A DNA stretch of 64,000 nt, from positions 9,114,001 through 9,178,000 of the forward strand of contig CM022672.1 in the NCBI GenBank assembly GCA_012295275.1. Direction: 5' to 3'. The notes under the pieces are model-generated. The model saw nothing but the letters and a program-made list of their open reading frames with translations. It searched no databases and was not told the origin of the DNA. Position numbers and translations under genes: made by a program. Of this stretch, positions 30,146-45,910 are shown piece after piece (the stretch's first letter is position 1; the number at the start of each line of letters is the position of its first letter). The stretch is from Chrysomallon squamiferum (lineage: Eukaryota > Animalia > Mollusca).

Positions 30146-33100
30146 TTCTATCTGTCCGTTTGTCTGTCTGTAATATTAAGTGATATTAACAAAAAATATA
30201 TTCTTATCGCAAGAAAATCATTAAAGAAATCAAAATAACAACTTGACGAAATTCATGTAAAGACAGGCAGTGAGAATACATCCTTGTCATACTCCAACAG
30301 TCATCAACGATTAACAAGTACGTTTAATCTGTGTTCTCTTGTGTCAGCTTATCACTAATGTTTATACATTCTGCTTGAAAAAATCTCCGGTGAATGTTGG
30401 CTAATTTCACTGATTGTCTGCCATGTTTACGACAATATTCTTTCTGCCAGTAAACGCGTCCGCCAGACGAGTGGCCAATAAAAGGTTGTATTAACCCGTA
30501 CGAATAGTTTAAGCCGTAGCACAGCAAATATTTATACAACTGCTGCAAAGACTTCCAATATCTCGTCAGTTGGTTTTCAATTAGATCTGTACTAACTGTT
30601 TAATAATGAATTCATTCATATCAGAATCTCTATTCATGACTTTTTGTGTTCTGAGGAAAGCGACTCCGGGCTGTTCTACGTGTGTAATGTTATCGGCCAT
30701 TGTGCAATATGTAAGGATGTTAGCATACAGTCCTCAGCTGTTGATTAACACTGACAAAACATTCTTTTTTTCATGTGTTTAATTTTTGACAAGGGCTTGG
30801 ACAAGCTCTGTGAGATTTTGACTGTATGGATTCATTTCCCAAATAGCTTGCAGCAATATTTAAAGAGACTGGAACAACATAATATCATAACATTTTGATT
30901 GCTTCACAAAACATTTAATGTGCTTTGTAATTAAAGTGTACTGAGTGCAGTTTTCGACCATAGGCAGGTAAAATAATGTTTATCGCGATTTAGACAATTC
31001 TAACGCAATAGTTAAATCGAATAGCATTGAAAATCGAATGGTTATAATTAGCTTTAAGTCATTATCTAAATATTATAAATGGATTTTTATTAATTTAGAA
31101 TATCTCATTCCGAATTAATCAGTTTTAGAAATACATACATACATGCATACATACAAACGTACATACATACATACATACATACATGAATAGGTATTGACGT
31201 ACGAACATGTATCCTGCCATGCATGCGTCCAGCATTAGTTCATCCATCCATCCATCCATCCATCCATACATATATGCATACATATATACACGTTCATACA
31301 CCTACTAATCCATCTAGCCGTCCATCCATACATCCATGCACACATGCATACATATAATTATACATACGCACAAACATATATATTCATTCATACATACGTA
31401 CACACATACTCAGATGCTTACATACATACACATATACATATATACCCATACATACATTGATCATTGATCTTGCTATCGTGAAACGCATCTAGGTCAAGAC
31501 AGCTGGGTCTTGTCAACCGTGACTCCTCTCTCTCCAGACATTACAGTAAATCATCTAACGACCTGTTACGAGATGAGAAGATGGCGCTGGGAAGTGACCC
31601 GTGTCCGTTTAACCACGGTGAAGACTCCTGCGCCATTTACAACTATTCTTGTAATACATGCCAGTGAGAGCAGAGATTTCCCAGATACAGCAACCATCGA
31701 CATCTTTATCAGCCGGGAACTGAAGGTTTTGTTGCGATTTATTGCCAGTGAAAATGCGTTGTGCAAACAAGACACTTTAAATCGAGCAAGAACTAAACAG
31801 TCTGAAATCAAATGACTGGAACAGAATTTAGCATCAACTGAAAGAATTCTGTGATGTTTAGATATGGAATCACCCGCAGTTTTGAAGGGTACGAAGCAGT
31901 AAAAACACAATAAATGGAGTTCAAAATAACATCGTGGGATCGTAATTAAGTTAGCAAAGCCAGAAACCCGTCGATGAAATTGTTTAAGTCATTTATTAGA
32001 ACATTGCACGTAATATTATCCGTTTTAAATTTTTTATCCCATTACATTATTTTTCTAAATGACAATTTTTGAAATTCTAAAGTGTTATATGACAATACTG
32101 TTTCGTTGATCTATTCTGTTTCCACTACTGTTGTAATCGAAATAGTGACATATTTTCTAACCATGTCATAAGATGCAATAGATTAAGTCAAAATGTCTTC
32201 ATGATGTTTTGGGCAGGAAATATTATTTATATTTTAGGTAAACAAGAAATTGGGTACCCGAAAGTTTTAAAATTAATTGCTGAACACTAAACTTTTTGAA
32301 ATTATCTGAATTAAAACGCATATGTCTAAATAAAGAATCCGGTAACTTAAAACAGTGAACATTGTAGAGCCTGTTCCAGTTAACACTGATAAAATTAAAT
32401 ATTGTTATTACTAAGGAAAGGAAATCAACTAAATTATTGTTCAACTCTTTTTGCAATGATGTTGGTGCTACTTCAGTTTCTACAAAATGAGTTCATAGTA
32501 TCTATTATCCCACCATGGAAACTGTACAACATTTCATGTTCTAAAATTATTTTCTATGCTAAATTCCTTTCTCTATTTTTTTCCCCTCTCCTTGTATTTT
32601 TTCTTTCTCAAACCATTTAATTTTTGCCCAAATTTACAAGTTTAATCAGCAAACTTGATAATATCGTCATGGGAAACGAATTTCTTATAATATTGAATGT
32701 CGCATGGTGTTTTCAGAATAGCACCTGTTACGAGGAATAATTTCTCTACATGATATACAGCAGTGGGCTTTAAATCGTCGTGACAGTTGCTTTGGTAGTT
32801 CTAAACACTTTTTATCAATCTTGGATGACTCTGTGGCGTTTCTGTGCTTGTAAAGGGCAATGGTGCATCGCCAAACACAGACACTGTCGGTTGACCGTGT
32901 TGGGCGATCACCTGTTGCTGTCAGTAATTTGTTAACTCGCATGAGAACGATTAGTAAAGTCGTATGGTTAGGTACTGTGGGATGGGAATGTCATCATGGC
33001 TTTATCGGCAGTGGTTGTAATCGAATTAGCGGTGGGATTACTGAAGCAGCTTTGAGTTAGTGTGTTATATGAGTTTTGCGTGGGAACGCAGGATTAAACT

Positions 33101-33189
33101 TTAATAGGAAAACAAACAGAAATATTGATTTATTTATTCGGGAATAAAAATGCATTTAAACGCTGTAGATAAAGATCGATGAAGAATCG

Positions 33190-33459
33190 AAAAGAGAGAG
33201 GCAGTGAAAGAGAGAGAGAGAGAGAGAAAGAAACTGAGAGGATGAAAGTGTAGAGAGGAGAAAGAGAAGGAGAAAGCAAGAGAGACAGAAAGAGGGAGAC
33301 GATAGAAAGAAAAAGATGGAGAGGAAGAAAGGGAGAGAGGCCAACAGGCAGAAAGAAAGAGAAAAAAGAGAAAAGATACAGAAATAGAAAGAGAGAGAAA
33401 GAGAGAAAAAGATGGAGAGACAGAGAGAGAATAGAAAATACACAGACCTATCATAAAAT

Positions 33460-33533
<74 letters not shown>

Positions 33534-33560
33534 ACACACACAGAGTGAGAGAGAGAGAAA
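33190..33560. repeat. Long purine-rich (GA-type) low-complexity tract
   Basis: Mostly A/G on the plus strand, ending in pure (GA)n. Confidence 0.9.
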
Positions 33561-36108
33561 AATACACAGAGTGAGATAGATTAGAAACTAAAATAAAGAC
33601 ACAGATCTATGACGAAATTCTGCATGCGAAGTTCTTTCAAAGACAAAGATGGTTGGAACACTCGTCTGAGATGGAAACATTCGGGTGGGCTAGAAGACAG
33701 ACAGATAATAAGGCAATCAGCCAGACAGACATAGAGACAAGAAAAATTCAACATGAAGACAAATTCGTTTTGACAGACACACAGAAATACACTTGGAAAT
33801 ACAGACGTATCCGATGGTTAAGGCATGGACTCGAGACGATCAAAAGATTTAGAATGGGATAAAGCAAGAAACACATTAGTCTGAAAACGTCTGGTATGAC
33901 TGCTATTACTGGCGTCACGCTCCATGCAAAACTACGTCTTGGAGATTGCAATCCACAAGCATATGCTTCTCCGCAGCATTAAATCTCGATGACCTGTACA
34001 TGACTACCTACATTATTATGTTTTTCAAACATTTACCACTAACTTTTTCTCTTTTTTTTTTTTTTTTATTCTTCTCCCTGTTAAATCAGCAGACAGGAAA
34101 CTATATACTATATCGGCATATAACGCTTATGTGTTGTTTTTGTTTACCCAGAAACGCTTCAATGATCGTAAAACTGCTGGTGTCGTTAGTGTCTGCTTCT
34201 TGTGAAAGAAAATGTGGTTTTATAGGGACACGAGTAATTTGGTCTTATCGGAATCCTGCCTGGTATGTTATTCTTTAATTATAACAGCGTAATTCAAAAG
34301 ATCATTTCAGAGCTGCAACACTTGAAAGAGTTTGGGTGTAATATTTCTGCCAGTTCTTCTTCGACATACGCTGGAAGGGAATTTGAAAAGTCAAAAACCA
34401 GTACAATTTATCGATACAGTTATTACATGTCTTTCATTTTGATGATGATTATAATGGTGAAGAATGTTTCAGTAGTAGTGATGGTTGTAGCAGTAGTTGT
34501 TGTAGAAGTAGCAGTAATAATAATATTAATAATAATAATAATAATAATAGTTATTATTATTATTATTATTATTATTGTTATTATTATTATTATATAATAG
34601 TCGTAGCAGTAGTAGTAGTAATAGTAGACGTAATAGTAGTAGTAGTAGTAGTGTTACTGCTACCATCACCACTGCTGCTATTACTATTATTACTTTTGCT
34701 GCTTCTTCTCCTCCTCCTCCTACCACTACTACTTCTACTACGACTACTACGACTACTACTACTACTACTGTCACTACTATTACTACTTCTATATTATTAC
34801 GTTTACTTCTATTGCTACTGTTAATATCATTAATTTATATCTATTTTAAATAGAATTTATTTTTTTGCTTTTCATGTTTTGTGAGGGGTTTTGTGCGGGG
34901 TTTTGTGCGATTATATTATTATTGTTATCCACAAATTATCTCGGCCCCAGACTTGCCGGATGAACAGTCTGGAACCTGTTCTTCTACTAACACAAGCATC
35001 GATACCGCTAATACTTTTACCATTACGACAATAAATGGATATCATTTGTCTTATTATTCTCTCCTTTTTTTTTTTTTTTTTTTTTTTTTTGGTTTAAAGG
35101 AAAAAAAAAAAAAAAAAAAAAACAGAAAACGTTTTGTAGAATTAACTAGAATTATCCACGACGAACAGCGCTGTTGGCGCCGTCATGTCTCGGCCGCGTG
35201 GCACGATAGGTTAGAAGTCCTCTTTGCAAATACTGGATGGAGCTAGATATACGTCTGCAAGCATTGTACGCTGTGGTACACCCTGGCTCTTCTGTTTGAA
35301 GTATGTGCCTTGCTATGAATTACCACCCTGTTAGGGAAACAGCGGCAGCACATTTAAACCGTTTTGTGTTAACTTGTTCCTTTTTCGCGTGTCAAGACCG
35401 ACGATCTGATAACATTTGGACAGCATCAGTGCATACAGTAACGATTGCCCATCATTGTTTAGGACGGAAGGCTTTAGTATATCGGAAAAGACATAAAGGC
35501 CGCTAAAAGAGACTAATTCTGAATACACATCGATGTTGTTTTGTCCGTGGACGGTAACGTCAGCTCCGTTGTGACCACGTGACAAGACCAGGCGCCAAGA
35601 TGCTGTTGATGTTTGTTTGGTTGTCTCGGAGGTAAAAAAAAAAAAAAAAAAAAAAAAGTGTATGAGAAAAGAATATCCTAATTATTAAGAAGATCATCTC
35701 GGATCGTTTGATTAGTTAAAGTTATAAATGGTCCAGAAAAGCCTAACAAAGGCCGGAACATTTCTTGATGTTTATTACATGCTTGATGATATAGTTTTTC
35801 ATTGTATGCATGGTAAAAAATGACTTTGATAATTAACAGGTATAAAAAAAAAAGAACAAAAATAAAATAAAATAAAATAAATTTGCTAGCACTCATTCGT
35901 TTAAAATATGAAGAAAAAAATTAGTACGAAGAATAAAACAAATTTGATATAATTAAAGAAAAAAAATGAATAATAGTTTAAACTATGGTAAAGTAACTAA
36001 CTTTTACTAAATTATGCGTTAACCCATTGGGTGATTAAGAGGAACAAAGAATAGTTACATAGATAAATATATACTAAAACGTTATGAACAAACAAATAAA
36101 TAAATATA

Positions 36109-36147
<39 letters not shown>

Positions 36148-36268
36148 ATATATAAATAAATAGTTAGCATACATATTTCCATTATTATTTTTAAAAAAAG
36201 CTTCTAATAACTTAATTTGATAAACAAAGCAGTAATGCAATGGTAGATACAGGAATAGAAAGAAAGAG

Positions 36269-36355
<87 letters not shown>

Positions 36356-37237
36356 TCCACAACGACAACGACGAAATAAAGAAAATTTAATTACCATTAA
36401 TCTTGTTGTATTAATAAATACCTCATATTATCAGAACTTGACCTCTCTTTGTCAGGCAAATCTACAACACAAGTGTGTGAAGGGACGGAGGACAGGCGTT
36501 CAGAGAAAGGAGGAGAGATGAAAAAAGGGGGAAGGGACATCATCTTCCTTATTACTCGGCGCTAAAAGATAACCCTGATGATCTCTAAGGTATGATTCAT
36601 GATGAGAGGAGACATTTTCCCATTTCAGAATTATAAACTGATCTTTGTCTTAATAGCAATCGAATCGGTCATTTTATTCGGCCATTTTATTAGAATCTTT
36701 TACAATTTTCTTTGAACCGTCGTGGGCTCGACCCCAATACTGTTACGAATATTAAAAAGTCTCCAGAAATAAATGGGATTGTTAACTCTTGCCGCGTTGT
36801 GATTTCTGTCAAGGGTCTGAAATAACGATGGCGATAACGGTACTTTTCTATATCGCAAAATAGAAATGAATTCGCTGAGTTGAAAAATTACATCCGAAAT
36901 AAAGAGACAAATAGAATTGCCGTTTATTCGTTCCTTTCCCCCCACTTTTTTATATTAAAAGAATAAAGGAAATTACAAAAGTAAATAAATCAGTTATGAA
37001 TTAGTTTGTTCTGAGATAAAAGATTACGTGAAATGTTTGCAGTATATTAAATGCATGTAAGAATAATTGCGTTTATGTCTTAACGTATAGTGGTAACACA
37101 GATATAAATTTTCTGTTATGAGTAAAGCTTGTGTATCAAGGGTGTCGTTTCCTCTATTAATTTCATATCTCTTCATCGTCTAGATAACTTTTTTTTTTGT
37201 TCATTTATCAGAGCTACGCTACAAATAACCTGAAATT

Positions 37238-37298
<61 letters not shown>

Positions 37299-39090
37299 TG
37301 ATGATGATAATGATGATGATGATGATGATGATGATAATAAAAAAGAGTAACAACAACAAAATACAACAACAATAATAATAATAACAAAAACTATAATTAT
37401 GGCATCTTTGATAATAGTAAGGACGATGATCATGGTTATCGTGGTGATCATTATAATATTAATGTGTACTACTACCACAACTACTACAGCAACAAAAATA
37501 CTACAACTACTACCAAAAATAAAAATAAATAAAAGAGTAAATAAATAAATAATAATAATAATAATAATCATAATAATTATAATGATGATGATGATGATGA
37601 TGATGATGATGGTGATGATGATTACTTGTGATGATGATAATTATTATAGTGATAAAATAACGAACATAATTACATCAAAATCGTACAGTTGTTGCTGGGT
37701 TTTTTTTTTTTTTACTCTTCTTTCTTTCTGCATCAAATTTAAAATCTCCATTAGGAAATTACATACAGATTTTCCTCTGTCAAACTCTTTGATTGGTTGT
37801 TATTTCTTCAGTCGGAGTTTGCTATTAAAGCATTGAAAACCAGACCAGCTTCGCCACAAAAACGGGAACGACCATTTTAATTCCTTCAGGCTCTTTTTCC
37901 AATCCCAATAATAAAATTACTGCCATACAATTGGATATAAGGGATACAGAATTCCGGAGAAAAGATCTTAACGATGACACTAACTGATTTGGGATACCGC
38001 GCGGCGCTAAAAACGCAAGGAACCGAGCATTATCGCGGGATCAGTGCGAAAAATTAGCGAACAAAATTTAAACCGTTCTAAATCTTCCTAAACCCACGTA
38101 ATAAAATTATTTCTATTTTCATGGCAGTTTCTAGGAAAGGGTTTACGCAAATCAGCTTGAGGAAGCGAGGAGCGATTAAAATAATCACACTTTGATTAGA
38201 ATGGAAATCATAGCCATCAGCCCCTTTCTATCGCATTTAGACTATCACATTGAATGGATGCTCCGGGCCATTGTCGGCTAATTGAATACAGCATTATACG
38301 TGGTGACGGAAGTTTAGTGGCATTACAATTGAGCACAGGGAAATACAATTAACCCTGGCTAACGTGGAGATTTCAAACGTTCAATTTTCAGAGAGGCGGA
38401 TATAAACACTGATTATAAGTATAATGATCAAGGCAGTTTGAGACAGATCGATAGCTGGGTTCGTGTCGAGGGTTCGTCGTTCTATCACTACGGCGTATTT
38501 CTGAGAGCAGTTGGATCAGACATCGAGTAATACGGTTTCTTTATTTGAAGACGTAGAAGAGCGATATCTATGAAAATAACGTGAAGTAGTATGTCCTTAC
38601 ATCATAATAAAGTGTTTGAAAAAAAAAAAAAAGATAAAGTAGAAAAAAAATAAAAAATAAAATAAATAAAAGAAGATCCCTGCAGATTTGTTTAAAAAAT
38701 ATTCATACTCTAAGCCAACAGATTGTCAAAGTTTCAGTTTCAGTCAAATAAAAGACTGAATAAAAATTGACTATATAAAGACCGCATATTCTACGACATA
38801 TGATGTTATAAAATTTTATATTTTTTTTACAGTGATAAGTATTCAGGAATATGCATAAACGTCAGTTTGAAAGATCTTAGTATTACTGCAATGCATTTAT
38901 TTAAAACTAATTCTGCTATAGTGACCCGATCTGTTTCGCAGTTATTAATTTGGCTTTATTTTAGACGAATAAAAATAATCTCTCGTTTAATGGTAAATTT
39001 ACTTGAATAAGATTAAAAAGTTATCATTTATTAGTTACTTTAATTTTTCCTGTATTTGTGACTATACTACTACTGCAACTATTACAACTG

Positions 39091-39153
<63 letters not shown>

Positions 39154-39759
39154 TTACTGTACTACTACTACTATAACTGTATTATTATTATTATTATTAT
39201 TATTATTAGAAGCTGTAGTAGTAGTAGTAGTAGTAATTTCAGGGTTCACTAGTTATTAATGAAAATACATTTTTTAATTTATCGTTTCTTAACAGAACCT
39301 TTCTAATGATATAAATATACCTAATGACACTAAATAATAAATACAACTTTAGTGAGAATTCAGAAAACAAATGCTAACTACGTGTTGGTCTGAATTTCTT
39401 TTAACAAAACAGTCAAAGCAGCGCTCTTGCTTTTCTGATTGTCTGTTTATGGCATTATTAGTATCGTCATTCCAAACTAGTTTTCCAGTTTTCACAGTGC
39501 TGTGTAGCTTGCGTCTGTCTGTCTGTGTGTCTGTACAATTAAGCCGAGGATAATTGCCTGTTGTTAGTTTTTCTTATTCTTTATGTTTACGCACAAATGT
39601 TTCTGGCTGTATATTAGTTATTGTTTTGACAATGTTTTTGTGTCCCGACTGATGTTAAATACATTTCGCTGATTTACAACACTTTATTTATTTATCTAAC
39701 TATCTCTTTATTCGTTATGTTTCATGCATTCTTTTCTCTTGCTCTGGGGAAATCCTCAA

Positions 39760-40520
39760 AACAGATAACAATAATAAACTAATTTCTACCTCTGGGACAC
39801 ACACAAACTCTCTGCCGCGTCTTACCCCGAACCCTTCACTGCACAATAAAGATCTTTTTTTCTCTTTTCCAATAGGCACATGGCATTATAACATCTTGCT
39901 GGGACCGCCTTTGTTCATTTCGAAGACACCAAATGCGACAGTCACGTGGGAATTGGAGTCGATTTAAAGATCCTGCTCATAGCTACAACAATCTGGAACC
40001 ATTATGAGAAGCCATTGTTACTTAATGGATTTTCAAAGAACGGTTGTTGGAACATCCATGGTGGTAATTCTGTTTTAATTTGAATAACTTGCTCCCAGGT
40101 TCGCTTCAACGCGTAAGGGATTGTAGATTTGATATCTGACAATTAGAGGTGTCAATCTCGAAGCCAGGCAGAAAGCTCATTAGCAAACAGTAATGACGCC
40201 CAAAGTGCCATCTTCTGTTATTAATCACACCAATTAGCCGCACTCATCTAGAGCACAGACCTTTGCCACTTGCACCAATTTGGGTGTTAATCTGAAACGA
40301 AGACTCGGCTCTGACAGAACCTATATTTATCGGACAGGGCAAGCATCGTGTATTCGCATTGTTTCCGTACCTGCGGCCAAAGATACAATTAGACAAATAA
40401 AGTGAGCGACTCCGAAAACATCCAAAAATCTGCTGGGCTCATCGACGTCGACAGGCAATTACAGATGAGCGATTTAATGGGAAGACGGAACAACACTCCC
40501 CGTGAATAATTGTTATTTGC
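39760..40520. promoter_or_regulatory. Candidate upstream enhancer/conserved non-coding element
   Basis: Long complex island with CACGTGGGAA (overlapping E-box and Su(H)/CSL site, 39943-39952) and repeated CAATTAG/CATTAG homeodomain cores. No credible ORF. Confidence 0.4.
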
Positions 40521-40550
40521 TGAAATATATTATGTTGTAAGTGATCAGTG

Positions 40551-40582
<32 letters not shown>

Positions 40583-41012
40583 AAATTAATGAAAAAATGA
40601 AAAAAAATGTTTACACACATCACACACACACACACACACACACACACAAATAGACTCACACACACACACACACACACTCATGTGTATATATGTATAACGA
40701 AGTATGGATTTTATGAAAATACATTTGTAATAAAAACAAGAAATAGATTTGTCTGGTTTATGAAGTGCACTGAGTATCTTTTCTCTCCATTTTTAGATGG
40801 TAGAAAATTGGAATAAAAACAAATAAATCGATTATTGTTATCGAAATGATTACTGTTTTTTTTTTTTTTAATTTTTTTTTATTTTTGCAAATCTTGTTTT
40901 AGATGATATTGATTAATTAATTTATTTTATTTTGATTGTTTTTATTATTATTTATTGATTTTAAATATTGATTTTAATATTAAAATAATAATAACAATAA
41001 TAATGAACATGA

Positions 41013-41047
<35 letters not shown>

Positions 41048-41949
41048 TTGCTGCTACTACTACTACTACTGCTACTACTACTACTACTAATAATAATAAT
41101 CATAATCATAATCATAATAATAATTCCCGTTTCGTTTTCTTTCTTCTTTCACTTTACTAAATATTTTTGCGAAAGCTAAAGATATGATGAACAGATTTGA
41201 GCAGAAAAGAAAGCAACGCAGGATAATATAAATTTACGCTAAACTTTAATTTTATCAAAAAATTCCTCAAATCGAAGTGAATAGTGCGTCGTCCAAAGAA
41301 ATAAAATATTTCTATCTTGGCTAGGTAGTACTAAATAAGAGTTCGGTATGTGACATATATACATGTGTGTGTGTATGTCTGTGTTTGTGTGTGTGCGTGC
41401 GTGTGCGTGCTTGTTACTAATTGAAGTTATATGCATATAAAAGATTCACCGTGTGGTGAGAACATTATTTTTTATTATTATTATTTCTTTTTAAATCGGA
41501 GTTCACAGAAATAGCTATAATGAGAAAGTCGGTAAACATTCTTTCGTTAATGAATTAATTCATAATGATTCAATTCATTTCCAAACTCTCATACGTCAGT
41601 TTTGTATTAGTTATCTCTCACAGAACCTGCATATATCGTAATGTCAATTTTCTTATTAGTGTCAGCCCCGAAATTTCAAGTGTTAAGTCTAACAACGTTT
41701 AAAATTGTCAAGTGTTTCTTTTTAAAGTATCTTACTGGTACTAAACTGACACTGATAGTTTCTTACACAGGATTTGTCAGTAAGGTTAAACAGAAGGTAT
41801 TAACTTAGTCTTCCCAATTATAATGTCATGCCACTGTTACTGGTATGCTTTCTATAGGAAGACATTCTGGGCACTGACATATAATTAGTTTGAATCTAAA
41901 TGTATGTTCTGATGATTGTATTTTTCTTATTGGTAAGGAAGAGAAAAAA

Positions 41950-42190
41950 ATTAGATAACGATTTTACTCTGTTCTTTTGTATTTGAGAGAGATTAGAGAA
42001 TTCTAACATTTTGTTATTTCCAAGAATAATTAGAGAATGACATCGTTTTATTCTGTCCTAGGATAATTTGAAAACGATTTTATTTTATTACGTCCAGTGA
42101 TAATTACAGAATGATATTATTTTATTCTCTCTGTGAATAATTATAAAATGATTTATTTTATTCTGTCCTAGAATAATTACCAATTTATTC
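41950..42190. repeat. Degenerate ~37-bp minisatellite, about 6 copies
   Basis: A unit resembling AATTAGAGAATGACATCGTTTTATTCTGTCCTAGGAT recurs at about 36-40 bp spacing. Confidence 0.75.
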
Positions 42191-42406
42191 TGGTTGAATA
42201 GATAGTATTCTGCTGTATTTGAAGATAATAAGATAACGATAGTGCCTATAATTATTTGAGAATCTGATGATTTATGTGATCATTTTAAAGCTTTAATATA
42301 ACAGTTTGTAGGATTTTTTAATAACCGTTTATATAGCATCTGATACAGTGATATCCAGTCCAAAATTAGTTATTTTGCTATTTATATTTAGAAAAGGAGA
42401 AAAACC

Positions 42407-42462
<56 letters not shown>

Positions 42463-43355
42463 TAAAAAAAAAAACAAATAGCTACAAAAAAATAACAACA
42501 AATAACATAAAAATTTAAAAATTTATAGAACAATCCACTAAAGAAAAAAAAATTGCAATGCAAAAAAAAAAAAAAAATAAAAAAAGCAACAACAAGAACA
42601 ATAACAATAAAAAAACACACACAAAAAAACGTATTTGTATCATCGTTGTAATCGTAATATCGACGTATTATTAATCAAGCATGCGGAACGTGGCGTCAGC
42701 TCTCTCTTTGATAACGTAATACCTCTACAACGATCATTTCAAACAGTTTTTTAATCAGTTTGCCTCGCATAATGTAATCTTTGTTTATCATTCACAACTA
42801 TGTGTTAAGTATTATTTTAACAGTTCACTTATCTAAACGTGGGACATGTGTTGTAGCTCTAATGACTGGCTTTAAAATCAGAGCATTGTTGTTATTGTCG
42901 ATGGTGCTATAGTTAATGGGATCGCTTCTCTGTGTCGACCTCATGAGCTGAATTTAATGTTTGTTGTCTTCAGATGTACTCTCTTTCTTTTGAATATATG
43001 TAAAAAAAAAATATATATATATATATTTGTTTTCTGTGATGTGCAGATAAATCACAATAATGCTTATTTTGGAAGGACAGATTACATAACTATTTTTATA
43101 ATTTCTAGATTGTGATTTCTGTTGATGTTATAATTATTATGTTCTTCAGACTAATTTATTTTGTTTTAATTCAATACGACTTGGAAGTAGATTCCGATTG
43201 TTTGTAATTATGAATATTTCAGAGAAAGATTCTCTATGATAATTTTTATTTATTTATTTATTTATTTATTTAACCAATGCCGTTACCATAATCTAAAGTT
43301 GTCATAATTATTTATTTATTTATTAATTTTGTTTATCTATTTAGCTATTTATTTG

Positions 43356-43402
<47 letters not shown>

Positions 43403-44110
43403 CATCATCATCATCATTATTATTATTGTTGTTGTTGTTAACGTCATCATCGCCACCACAACCGTCATTCATATCACATCGTTGATAACCTTTACAATAA
43501 AACTATCCAAAACCATAAAACAAGAAGCGCTAATTACCCAATGTTTTAATTACAAATTGACTAAACTATATCATCATCATTAACAGCCGAACAGTCGACG
43601 CAAATGGCCGCTCCTGTTACCTAATACCTGTTACGCAAAGGCGTAATAGCACGGCCACATTTAGCCGTATTGTGATAGCAACATGATACCAGGCAGGAAG
43701 GAGGCGAGAACCCGCGATGGTGCAATATCATAACGACCCGCTGACGATAGATGCCATAAAGATGAAACAATCCAGGATCAACAAAATCATCAGGACAAAG
43801 TCATTTCACAGCGGGGCGATGGTTTCAGGTTGATGGTGCTCGGCCACATGCCTCGATTTGCATACAAACGAGAGGTGTAGAATTCAGTCTTGTTTGTGTC
43901 GTGTTCGTACGCTGTGGTTGCTTCGTCAGTGTGAGTGTGGTTAGATATACCGTGTCATCGGAATTAGAAATGAACAGGCGTAGTGATGCTGATGATTATG
44001 ATAATAATAATGATAGTGATGATGATGATATTAATATTAATAATAATGATGATTATGACGACGATGATGGTAGAATAATAATTATAATGATGATGATGAT
44101 AATCATCCTA

Positions 44111-44142
<32 letters not shown>

Positions 44143-44269
44143 GATGAAGAAGAAAAAGAAGAAAAGAAAAAGAAGATTAAAAACAAATAATCAATTAAAA
44201 ATGCCCTTTATTTTGACATTTTCTTTTAGACAGATTTATAAGGTTTGTAAATTACAATTTTGCCAAAAC

Positions 44270-44313
<44 letters not shown>

Positions 44314-45617
44314 TAGGTATTAAACCGATACCAAAAATTTAATGTGAAGAACTGATAAAAAAAAGAAAAAAAAAAATTGGTATATTATTTAAAAAGTAAA
44401 AGAACAGCAAAAAGAAACAAAATACAACATAATAATTTTTATTTTATTAATATCGTCATTTCGCAACCTTTGTATTTCTTTCTTATTGTCCTCCGTACCA
44501 CTTACAAACACCTCTCAAATATAATTCTTAAAACATTTCACACAGGATCATACTATGCCAAACGTCTGTTAAAACTTTTTTTTCCAATTTATTCTTTCCC
44601 AAACACCATTCACTCAACTATCACAAGCAAGCAAAGAGCAAAACGGAATCCTCTTCCAGAAATGGCAGTAAATAGCTCGGAGGGAAATGTCACCAAAGGA
44701 AGAACTTCAATCAGCTATCTGTTTACAGTGAAACATATTCGGGCGACAGTTTAATGGTAATTAAAAACCAATAAGACTGCAGTCAATTGAATAAATATCT
44801 CGAGTGCACAAATGACAACAATTTGGTCTGAGAGCTCTTCTCTCGTTGCTAGATCAGGGAACCGACTGGTGATAGAAAGAAATCGGTATTATCTCCTATA
44901 GACAATCCATTGAAAAGCGCGCCTGCATTGGATTTGCCTCTTTGCTTGTGATTAGATTCAATTAAACTGGCAAACGTAACTTTTCTCCCATCGTTCAGAA
45001 TTCAACGGTTTTTAAACACAGAATTAATTGGATCTTCTTGACACGTCTTTTATTGGGAAACAACTCTTCAGAACTATTGACGGAAAAAAGAAGAGGAGAG
45101 AAAAGGTCTGAGAATTGAACACATTGTTTGTGTATACAGTAGTGGAAGAAAGTGTGCCCCCCGGTGTAGTAATGAATAATCTTTCAAAAATCTGCTCACT
45201 GTCACGAGGTGTTTGGCTGTAAAAGTTCGTGAGGTTGTTCAAAGTTTTCTACGTTAATATATATATATATATATTTTAACTGAATATGATTTCGAAGCAG
45301 ATTAGGATTGTTTATAATTATAAATAATTCAGAGAAAAATTCTCGGTGATTATTTATTTATTTATTTCTTTATTTATTTATTACAAATCAATACAGTGAT
45401 AATAATCTTCGACATCATCTATTATCATTATTTACTAATACTACTGCTAAAAAAGTATCATTATTTTGTTCTTATTATTACTATTGTTGTTGTTGCAAAT
45501 ATTATTATTAACGTCTTCTTCACAACCTATATATTCTTGATAAAATATAATTCGTATTATTTTTTACTAGAAAGAAAATTACAATGATACTAACAAAATA
45601 ATTGGATAATGATTATA

Positions 45618-45910
45618 TAGGTTCAGGTTCCCTTTTCCGAAGGTCCGACATCCGAAAGGTTCTGAAATCCGAAAAAGTACAATGTTCAAATTGTTCTGCA
45701 TAAATATACTTCATTTTAAGCACCAAGTTATTTAAAATAATATATTAAAATTTCATGAAGACTATTTGTATAAGCTCTATTTTAAATATAAATGGAATTC
45801 GTATTTAAACTTTGATCCTATTTTCCGACTATTTCATTATATTCCAAAATCAAAAAAATTCCTAAATCCGAAACATTTCCCAAGCATTTTGGATAAAGAA
45901 TTCTCAGTTG
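45618..45910. mobile_element. Non-autonomous Tc1/mariner pogo/Tigger-type MITE (Tigger4/MER46-like)
   Basis: TA on both flanks (45616-45617, 45911-45912). Degenerate ~24-bp TIRs TAGGTTCAGGTTCCCTTTTCCGAA and revcomp CAACTGAGAATTCTTTATCCAAAA. Subterminal TCCGAA repeats at both ends; 293 bp with no ORF. Confidence 0.7.

Noticed and set aside
41950-42190. CRISPR-like periodicity
   Set aside because: Degenerate contiguous tandem units without unique spacers, in eukaryotic DNA with no cas genes; it is a minisatellite.
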